Below are positions 1-7,187 of a stretch of DNA of 20,531 bases, piece after piece (within the stretch, counting starts at the first letter, position 1; the number at the start of each line of letters is the position of its first letter). Origin of the DNA: Calditrichaceae bacterium (lineage in GTDB: Bacteria; Calditrichota; Calditrichia; Calditrichales; JBFXGD01); the NCBI GenBank assembly GCA_050178385.1, contig JBFXGD010000055.1:1-20531 (forward strand). The letters run 5' to 3'. Below the pieces are notes generated by a model. The model was not told the origin of the DNA, did not search any database, and worked only from the letters and a program-made list of their open reading frames with translations. Both the position numbers and the translations under genes were made by a program.

Positions 1-485
1 TCTTTCACATTGGTTTCATAAAGAAATGACAGAAAATCAAAATAAGTGTCCTGGTAAGATTTCGCGCTGCGCTTCCGATCGATCGCATCAAGTATTATGT
101 CTTTTTTTATGTTTAAACTTACATCTTGATTCGCATTCAACATTTTTTGAATATTAAGCCGGGCATCAGGCGTAGTATCGCTGTTTGGAAAGAGAAAAAC
201 AATTTTTAAAAGACTGATAAGCCGGGCATTATTTAATTTATACTGCTTCTGCAACAGGGAAAGCATCCAAAGCGCGTCATCTTCGCGGGCACAATTTGGA
301 AAAATTTCCAGATAATTTTCAAATTCATCAATCAGATACCGGTTTGTCGAGATCGACTCTTTATGAAACTGATTTTCCAGATACTCCAAATAGCTTCGAT
401 TGTTAAACTGAGCATGTAAGGCAGTGAAAAGGATTAAGACAAGAATAATTGACAAAGAATATCTGAGTTTCAGCATTATCATCAT
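1..485 (-). CDS. Secreted/periplasmic helical-repeat (TPR-like) protein, 3'-partial (runs off window start)
   Basis: Not in the ORF track. I translated it by hand: open frame from ATG 485 (alternatives 482, 476), MMIMLKLRYSLSIILVLILFTALHAQFNNRSYLEYLEN... It has a Sec signal peptide (K/R, hydrophobic core, ALHA|Q) and two TPR-like 'hxxFPNS/C...DA' turns (YLEIFPNCAREDDA, VFLFPNSDTTPDA). Starts 6 nt after the rqcH stop. Confidence 0.7.
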   Translation of the reverse strand, partial: MMIMLKLRYSLSIILVLILFTALHAQFNNRSYLEYLENQFHKESISTNRYLIDEFENYLEIFPNCAREDDALWMLSLLQKQYKLNNARLISLLKIVFLFPNSDTTPDARLNIQKMLNANQDVSLNIKKDIILDAIDRKRSAKSYQDTYFDFLSFLYETNVK

Positions 486-491
486 TTTGGC

Positions 492-2156
492 CTAATTTAT
501 CACAAGTGGTTTTACAAAAACAACTTTTTCATTTTGAACTGAAACCGTGCCGGCAGGCGCTTTGCGGATACGATGAACATAACGTGCCTCTGTATAAATC
601 ACCGGGACCGTTGTGGAGTGTTTAGATCGGCTGTTGGCAGCGGCGATTTGGGCGGCCTGTTCAATGACTTTTGCCGGCGGCAGCTTCGTTCTTGATGGTA
701 AATGGATAATGACATGGGATCCGGGAACACTCTGAGCATGAAGCCATATATCCCATTTATTTGCAAATGTGAATGTGAGAAGATCATTATTATCACCATT
801 TTTTCCGATAAAAATATCCCATTCTTTATCCAGAACCATTCGGTTAAAAGAGTAGGTGAGTGATTGCCGGGATTCCTTCGTCACTGATGTTCGCTGTAAT
901 AACTTCATATCCATCAAAGAATTTTCAAGATTTTTTAGTTTTGTCAATTTGTTTGTCTGATCCAATATTTCGCTTAATTTATTAACTTTTTCAAGTTCAT
1001 TGATATAACTGTCTTTCTTGATATCCATGACGAGCTGTTTCTTTGCGATATCTTTATATTTATTAAAATAATAATTGGCGTTTTCAACGGTGGTTTTGTT
1101 TGGATTCAATTTGATTGTCACCGTCTCCCGTTCACTGCTGAAAATATTTTCAAGCTCCACATTCGAGCTGTTCCTGGGGACATGATGTTTAAAAGTCAGA
1201 AGAAGATTGCCCTTGAGTTCAGCTTCGGTTTTTCTTTCTGAGAGATTCTCAGCCATTTCAATGTTTTTAAGAGTTCTTGTAATGAATTTTTTCCGATCGT
1301 CAATGGCGTTCCTGCACTTTTTATAAAGTCTGTCAAATTCTGTTTTTTCGGTTTTTTCTTCAATAAATCGGATCCATGTCTCATTGATTCCCGGGAAGAC
1401 ATCATAACCGGCAGAATCTGATTGCTCGAGATGATGGAGCCGGATAATGGAAATATTGACCGTATTATCGTTTTTCCGGTAGAGATAACACGTATCGACA
1501 GATGCCATTTCTTCTGCAATATTCCTAAATGCATTATACAATGCCGAGATATTATCTTTTGACAGGCTTTCCAACCGCTCGTGCTTCTGTAGATTTGATC
1601 TAAAAAAAATCTCTTTCGACATCAACTCGTTTATGGCGCCAAAATGTCTGCGCAGGAAGTAGTTCAGTTTTTGCTGATCTTCATTCTGAAATAATTTCTC
1701 AAGTTCTGTTAAGGTGACAGAACGGAAATCCAGCAGATGACTCAATTCAGTTTCAGATATTTCGGCACGGTTTTCTTTGAAAGTATCAACAATTTCACCC
1801 GAAGCGTTTTTTATAAATATATTCTGCTGTCCAAAGAATCTAATTTCAATTATATATTGTTCAAGATGAAACTGTATCAGTTTGTCGAACGGAAATATTT
1901 CAATTCCTTTAATTGATGTACCAATCAGGAAATCAAATAATTGAAATTTCGGAAGACGAACCTTTTCGGAGTTTTTTAGCAAAAGATAAGGATAGTCACT
2001 GCTAATGTTTACCTTCAAATGCTTTACTTCCGGAGCGTTTACAACGAATACAATCTCATTCTTCCGGTAAGTAAATATTTCTGAGATGATAATATTTTGC
2101 AGTTGCTTTTTTAATTCCCTTACCTGAGCTTCGAATAAAAAATAATTTTTGTGCAT
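492..2156 (-). CDS. rqcH: NFACT-family ribosome quality-control protein RqcH (Rqc2/FbpA homologue)
   Basis: 554 aa. N-terminal NFACT-N-like domain, HhH-like FGAINELMSKEI, coiled coil with M-domain motif 'IKLNPNKTTVENANYYFNKYK', and C-terminal NFACT-R motifs 'IGKNGDNNDLLT', 'DIWLHAQSVPGSHVII', 'AAQIAAANS', 'VIYTEARYV'. Confidence 0.9.
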   Translation of the reverse strand: MHKNYFLFEAQVRELKKQLQNIIISEIFTYRKNEIVFVVNAPEVKHLKVNISSDYPYLLLKNSEKVRLPKFQLFDFLIGTSIKGIEIFPFDKLIQFHLEQYIIEIRFFGQQNIFIKNASGEIVDTFKENRAEISETELSHLLDFRSVTLTELEKLFQNEDQQKLNYFLRRHFGAINELMSKEIFFRSNLQKHERLESLSKDNISALYNAFRNIAEEMASVDTCYLYRKNDNTVNISIIRLHHLEQSDSAGYDVFPGINETWIRFIEEKTEKTEFDRLYKKCRNAIDDRKKFITRTLKNIEMAENLSERKTEAELKGNLLLTFKHHVPRNSSNVELENIFSSERETVTIKLNPNKTTVENANYYFNKYKDIAKKQLVMDIKKDSYINELEKVNKLSEILDQTNKLTKLKNLENSLMDMKLLQRTSVTKESRQSLTYSFNRMVLDKEWDIFIGKNGDNNDLLTFTFANKWDIWLHAQSVPGSHVIIHLPSRTKLPPAKVIEQAAQIAAANSRSKHSTTVPVIYTEARYVHRIRKAPAGTVSVQNEKVVFVKPLVIN

Positions 2157-2319
2157 AATTCACGTTTTGCTTTTAAAATCGGTAATTGTTAAATTGAATA
2201 ATTAAATAATATTGATTTTAGCTGAGAATATCATTTTATATCATTACTTCAGTGTCTAATGTAATAAATTCCGGTTAAAAAATAAAAAATTATAAATAGT
2301 TTTATATGATCAGGAGATA
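2157..2319. promoter_or_regulatory. Divergent promoter region for rqcH and the yicC operon
   Basis: Very AT-rich gap between divergent genes. Candidate plus-strand TTGCTT(2167-2172)-N17-TAAATT(2190-2195). AGGAG RBS just before yicC. Confidence 0.4.
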
Positions 2320-3198
2320 TTGATGCGAAGTATGACGGGTTTCGGACGTGCCGGAAGCAGAAACAACCGATTTGAGCTTAATATAGAAATCAGAAGTGTT
2401 AATAACAGATATTTGGATTTAAACCTGAGAGTTCCGCGTTTTATGGCCATTTTTGAAAATGAGATCAGAGATCAGATTAAGGCAGCGGTGAACCGCGGTA
2501 AAGTTTCAGTTTTTATTGATTTAAGAGAGGCAACAGGAAACGACACTGAACTGTTTCTGGATAGCGAAAAAATAAAAAAGCGCTTCAATATGCTCGAACA
2601 GGCAAAATCTTTGTTGGGTATAAGCGGATCGGTCACGATGGATCATCTTATGAAATTTCAGGATTTATTTGAAGTTGACTATGAACATCTGGAGGAGAAA
2701 GAATTAAAGAGCCTGTATCGGCCGGCGGTTAAGGATGTACTTAAGCAATTTAATGATATGCGTGAAGCTGAGGGAAAGTTTATTTATAACGACATGGTCA
2801 TGAGAATCGAGTCACTTTCAGAGTTCACTGATTTTGTCGAGGAAAAAGGGAAATTGACTGTCAGATCGGATTTTGAAAAATTATCTAATCAGGTCAGGGA
2901 ACTTATAGGTGAACAAAAGATTGACGAAAGCCGGCTAGAGCAGGAGATCGCGATCATAGCCGACAAAGTTGACATCACCGAAGAATGTATCCGCATGAAA
3001 AGTCACATTAAATTATTTAAAGAAACACTTGAGATAAATAATGAGGCGGGAAAGAAGCTGACTTTTATTCTGCAGGAGATGCTGCGTGAAGCAAACACCA
3101 TGAATTCTAAGGCTACAGATGTTCAGATTTTACATAAAGTTATACAAATGAAAGAAGAAATAGAAAAATTGCGTGAGCAGGCTCAAAATATTGAATAA
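2320..3198 (+). CDS. yicC: YicC/YloC family endoribonuclease
   Basis: N-terminal 'RSMTGFGR', 'EIRSVNNRYLD', 'RGKV'; C-terminal 'DITEECIR', 'GKKLTFILQEMLREANTMNSK', 'IEKLREQAQNIE'. Start is TTG 2320 or ATG 2323. Confidence 0.95.
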   Translation: MMRSMTGFGRAGSRNNRFELNIEIRSVNNRYLDLNLRVPRFMAIFENEIRDQIKAAVNRGKVSVFIDLREATGNDTELFLDSEKIKKRFNMLEQAKSLLGISGSVTMDHLMKFQDLFEVDYEHLEEKELKSLYRPAVKDVLKQFNDMREAEGKFIYNDMVMRIESLSEFTDFVEEKGKLTVRSDFEKLSNQVRELIGEQKIDESRLEQEIAIIADKVDITEECIRMKSHIKLFKETLEINNEAGKKLTFILQEMLREANTMNSKATDVQILHKVIQMKEEIEKLREQAQNIE

Positions 3199-3223
3199 TT
3201 ACAATAAAAAGATTTAATTCGAA

Positions 3224-3799
3224 ATGACGGGAGTTATTAAGGAAATGGAATTTGTATCCCCATATATTGTATTTTCAGCGCCATCCGGAGGTGGAAAAAC
3301 AACAATTGTACAGCACTTAGCAAAAAAATATGACAATTTGAAAATATCGATTTCGGCCACAACCCGAAAAAAACGGCCCGACGAAGTGGATGGAATTGCC
3401 TATCATTTTTTATCAAAAGACCAGTTTGAACAGAAAATAAAATCGGGATGTTTTCTGGAGTATGAAATTGTCCATGGTGATTATTATGGTACACTCAAAG
3501 AATCCGTAAATGACCTTGTGAAATCGGGAAATAGCGTTTTGTTTGATATCGATGTAAACGGCGCGCTTTCAATAAAGATGCACTATCCTGAAGCCATCTT
3601 GATATTTATTGCGCCCCCGAGCCTGGATGTTCTTAAAGAAAGGCTTGTAGCCAGAAAGAGCGAATCGAGTGAATCAGTTGAAAACCGGTTAAAAAGAATC
3701 AAATATGAATACGAAAAAGCAGATTCCTTTGATTTTAAGGTTATAAATGATCAGCTGGATGCAACAATAGAAGAGGTTGAACAACTCATTGTGAGATAG
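3224..3799 (+). CDS. gmk: Guanylate kinase
   Basis: P-loop 'SAPSGGGKTT', 'SISATTRKKRPDEVDGIAYHF', 'FLEY..VHGDYYGT', 'DIDVNGA', 'IFIAPPS'. True start may be ATG 3245. Confidence 0.96.
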   Translation: MTGVIKEMEFVSPYIVFSAPSGGGKTTIVQHLAKKYDNLKISISATTRKKRPDEVDGIAYHFLSKDQFEQKIKSGCFLEYEIVHGDYYGTLKESVNDLVKSGNSVLFDIDVNGALSIKMHYPEAILIFIAPPSLDVLKERLVARKSESSESVENRLKRIKYEYEKADSFDFKVINDQLDATIEEVEQLIVR

Positions 3800-3806
3800 A
3801 GGTGAT

Positions 3807-4904
3807 ATGTCGGTTATATGCCGGGATTTGACAAAGGGTAAGTTATTTTTGGCCTATGAGCTTCTGGCTCTCCTGGATAAAAATATACCCTCCGCGCAAT
3901 TATTTTTAATGACCGAAGGCAAAAAACAGTATAGTGAATTACTTAAGAGTTTTAAGAATCTTAGATATTCGAATTTTGACCTGGATTTAAAAGAATCGGA
4001 TATCCTGATTGATATTACTGATCTGGAGATGTATGACATCAATGAATCTCCAAATAAAAGATTGATTTTTCCCGTAATATATTCAGAAAAAAGTGCAGAT
4101 TATTGCTCCTTAAAAAATAAATTCAGTCATTTGAATCATATCTCTTTTACGCCGCTTGCGCCGGTAAAAGATGAAAGGCCTTTAATAACGGGAAATCCTT
4201 TATGCGCGCTTGATATGGTTCAAAGATTATTGACAATAAATGATCTCATGGACAAAAAAATACTAATCAGCGCGGGTCCTACTGCTGAAGATATTGATCC
4301 GGTAAGGTTTATAACAAACCGGTCATCGGGAAAGATGGGACTTGAAATCGCCCGCGCCGCCTATATAAGGGGTGCTGACGTTGAACTGGTAGTCGGTCCG
4401 GTCGGGATAGAAATTCCCGGTTATCTGAATTATATCAAAGTACGTTCCGCCATGCAGATGGCGGATGCGGTTATCAGCAAATTCCCGTCCTGTGACGCTT
4501 ATATTGCTGCTGCAGCCGTCGCTGATTATACACCCGAGAACTTTTACGTGGAAAAGATAAAGAAGCAGGATAACGGCTTAATGCTAAATCTTAAACGAAC
4601 AACGGATATTCTGCGATCTATATGCAAAATCAGAAAAAAACAACAGGTTGTTATCGGTTTCTCTGTGGAAACCGAAAATTCATTTGAAAATTCAAGAAAA
4701 AAATTGATTGAAAAGAATTTAAATTTTATAGTTATCAATAATCCAAAAGAATCCGGCGCGGGATTTGAAACAGATACAAATCGTGTAAATATACTTTTTG
4801 ACAACGGGAACCATCTTGAATACCCGTTGTTATCTAAGTTTGATGTTTCAAATAAAATACTGGATCAATACTTAATTTATCTGGCTGACAGGCAAAATGG
4901 ATAA
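3807..4904 (+). CDS. coaBC: CoaBC-like protein: intact phosphopantothenate-cysteine ligase (CoaB) fused to a degenerate decarboxylase (CoaC)-like N-terminus
   Basis: CoaB motifs 'ISAGPTAEDIDPVRFITNRSSGKMG', 'AAAVADY', 'KIKK', 'GFSVET', 'GAGFETDTN'. The first ~145 aa lack CoaC signatures. GAGGTG RBS upstream. Confidence 0.85.
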   Translation: MSVICRDLTKGKLFLAYELLALLDKNIPSAQLFLMTEGKKQYSELLKSFKNLRYSNFDLDLKESDILIDITDLEMYDINESPNKRLIFPVIYSEKSADYCSLKNKFSHLNHISFTPLAPVKDERPLITGNPLCALDMVQRLLTINDLMDKKILISAGPTAEDIDPVRFITNRSSGKMGLEIARAAYIRGADVELVVGPVGIEIPGYLNYIKVRSAMQMADAVISKFPSCDAYIAAAAVADYTPENFYVEKIKKQDNGLMLNLKRTTDILRSICKIRKKQQVVIGFSVETENSFENSRKKLIEKNLNFIVINNPKESGAGFETDTNRVNILFDNGNHLEYPLLSKFDVSNKILDQYLIYLADRQNG

Positions 4905-5640
4905 TGTAATAAACGAACTGAATAATCTTTTGGGCTGGTACCGTCAAGTTTACGGTGATATTAAATATTTAGACGGAAAACTGGAGGACCCTCCGGCAAG
5001 ATCTGAGAAGCCGGTTGTAATGGAAGCGCCCAGGGTACCGGTTTACAAAGCTCCCGTGAAAGAGGCGGTCGTCACTCATCAAAAAAGCCCGGAACTGGAA
5101 AAATTTTATCTGGAAATTAAAGACTGCAGTAAATGCTCTCTTGGAGAAACCCGAAAAAATTTTGTATTTGGAGTAGGGAATCCCAAGGCCAGGATAATGT
5201 TTGTGGGTGAAGCGCCCGGAAAGGAAGAAGATGAAAAGGGAATTCCGTTTGTAGGAAAAGCCGGTAAACTTCTGGATAAAATGCTCGAAACAATCGGCCT
5301 TAAAAGAGATGATATATACATTGCCAATATTTTGAAATGCCGCCCGCCCAACAACCGCGATCCGCGTCCGGATGAAGTAGCTCTCTGCGAACCGTATCTT
5401 AAGAAACAATTAGAAATGATTTCTCCTGAAATATTAGTTGCATTGGGAAGAATTTCAGCACAGGTTCTGTTAAAAAGAAATGATTCATTGAGCAAATTAC
5501 GACAGGACATTCAAATCTATGAAGACATTCCTTTTGTCGTCACTTACCATCCTGCAGCATTGTTAAGGAATCCTCAATGGAAACGAAATGCCTGGCAAGA
5601 TTTAAAAAAAATTAAAAAATTGATTGAAAAAACAGCTTAA
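4897..5640 (+). CDS. udg: Uracil-DNA glycosylase, family 4 (4Fe-4S)
   Basis: 'CSKCSL', 'FVGEAPG', 'PFVGKAGKLL', 'NILKCRPPNNRDP', 'CEPYL', 'TYHPAALLR'. Overlaps the coaBC end by 8 nt. Confidence 0.93.
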   Translation: MDNVINELNNLLGWYRQVYGDIKYLDGKLEDPPARSEKPVVMEAPRVPVYKAPVKEAVVTHQKSPELEKFYLEIKDCSKCSLGETRKNFVFGVGNPKARIMFVGEAPGKEEDEKGIPFVGKAGKLLDKMLETIGLKRDDIYIANILKCRPPNNRDPRPDEVALCEPYLKKQLEMISPEILVALGRISAQVLLKRNDSLSKLRQDIQIYEDIPFVVTYHPAALLRNPQWKRNAWQDLKKIKKLIEKTA

Positions 5641-5655
5641 TCAGCAGAAGTCAAC

Positions 5656-5684
5656 TTGAAAGACGAATAATTTTTAATTATTCT
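5656..5684 (+). promoter_or_regulatory. Putative sigma70 promoter for dnaB-rel
   Basis: TTGAAA(5656-5661)-N17-TATTCT(5679-5684). Confidence 0.5.
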
Positions 5685-5751
5685 AATCAATGAGCTGCAT
5701 GATAGAATCAAAAATATCTTTTCATTTGTATTAAAGGTAAAGAGGTGAGAA

Positions 5752-7149
5752 ATGTCTGACAAAAGTTCCGGTGAACAGTCTTTAAGAGTACCACCACAGG
5801 CAAACGAGGTTGAACAGGCTGTTCTGGGCGCGATGTTTCTCGATAAAGAAGCCGTGGCGATGGCAGTCGAGACAATTGATGCGGGTTACTTTTATAAAAA
5901 CAGCCATAAGACAATCTTCTCCGCCATCGTAAACCTGTTTGAAAAAAACACAGAAATCGATTTGATCACGCTTTCTGAAGAACTCAAAAGGATGGGGGCT
6001 CTGGATGAAATCGGCGGGCCTTATTATCTTGCCGAAATCTCAAACAGTACTCCATCCTCAGCCAATATTGAATATCATTTAGATATCGTCAAACAAAAAT
6101 CTCTCTCGAGAATGCTGATCAGCGAATGCACGGCAATCATTAATCAGGCGTATTCCCAGACAGAAGAGGTGGATGAAATGCTTGATTTTGCTGAACGGAA
6201 AATATTTGAGATATCTGAAAAAAGGCTCAAAAAAGGTTTTGCTTCAATTAATACGGTTCTTCACAGCACCTTTGAAAAGATTGATGAGCTTTACCATTCA
6301 AGTAAGACAGGAGTGACAGGAGTTTCGTCAGGATACAAAAAATTAGATGAATATACAGCAGGATTTCAGCCTGCTGATCTCATAATTCTGGCGGGGCGTC
6401 CAAGTATGGGGAAAACAGCCTTTGCTCTCAATTTAGCCCGAAACGCGGCTGTGGATTTCGGCTATGCGGTTGGGGTTTTCAGTCTTGAGATGTCAACTGA
6501 AGCTTTAGTGCTGAGACTCCTGTGTACGGAGGCCAAAGTGAATCAGATGGCTGTCCGTACGGGTAAACTAAACAAAGAAGAGATGGGCCGCCTTACCAAT
6601 CACGTTGCAAAGCTTATGAATGCCCCCATTTACATAGACGACTCCGCATCCTTAAACGTCATTGAGCTCCGGGCAAAAGCAAGACGTCTGAAAGCGGAAA
6701 AGAATATTCAGCTTCTCATAATAGATTATCTGCAGCTTATGGAAGGGCATAAGGGTGAGAACAGACAGCAGGAAATTACGCATATTTCCCGGTCAATTAA
6801 GGGTATCGCGAAGGAGCTTGGCATTCCCGTGGTTGCTTTGTCCCAGCTTTCACGCGCCACAGAAACCAGAGATAAGAGCAAAAAACCGCAACTCTCTGAT
6901 TTGCGTGAATCCGGTGCTATAGAGCAGGACGCGGACGTTGTGTTCTTTGTGTACCGGCCTGAATATTACAATATCATGGAATTTGAAGATACCGGCGCTT
7001 CAACGCATAATATGTGTGAAATAATCATCGGCAAACAACGAAACGGCCCTGTTGGGACAATACGTCTGACGTTTCTTAAAGAGTATGGAAAATTTGGTGA
7101 TCCGGATATTTTTCATGATACAGCAGTGTATTCTCCTGCAGAATTTTAA
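5752..7149 (+). CDS. dnaB: Replicative DNA helicase DnaB
   Basis: 'PPQANEVEQAVLG', Walker A 'AGRPSMGKT', 'FSLEMS', 'IIDYLQLM', 'LSQLSR', 'LSDLRESGAIEQDADVV', 'KQRNGPVG'. GAGGTG RBS. Confidence 0.98.
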   Translation: MSDKSSGEQSLRVPPQANEVEQAVLGAMFLDKEAVAMAVETIDAGYFYKNSHKTIFSAIVNLFEKNTEIDLITLSEELKRMGALDEIGGPYYLAEISNSTPSSANIEYHLDIVKQKSLSRMLISECTAIINQAYSQTEEVDEMLDFAERKIFEISEKRLKKGFASINTVLHSTFEKIDELYHSSKTGVTGVSSGYKKLDEYTAGFQPADLIILAGRPSMGKTAFALNLARNAAVDFGYAVGVFSLEMSTEALVLRLLCTEAKVNQMAVRTGKLNKEEMGRLTNHVAKLMNAPIYIDDSASLNVIELRAKARRLKAEKNIQLLIIDYLQLMEGHKGENRQQEITHISRSIKGIAKELGIPVVALSQLSRATETRDKSKKPQLSDLRESGAIEQDADVVFFVYRPEYYNIMEFEDTGASTHNMCEIIIGKQRNGPVGTIRLTFLKEYGKFGDPDIFHDTAVYSPAEF

Positions 7150-7187
7150 TAAATTCAAGGAATGAATTAAGCGGTAAAGTTATTTAT

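Noticed and set aside
3807..3885. CoaBC N-terminus as a fused RpoZ remnant ('RD...YE..A...K')
   Set aside because: It lacks the omega (K/R)RA.Q core. The ELxxLLxK...MTE pattern fits the start of a CoaC fold better. Only a profile search could reopen this.
4897..5640. UdgX-type suicide glycosylase or phage SPO1 polymerase-related protein
   Set aside because: No KRRIH R-loop, ordinary family-4 motifs, and a housekeeping context.
5752..7149. Intein in DnaB
   Set aside because: Length is 465 aa and the helicase motifs are contiguous.
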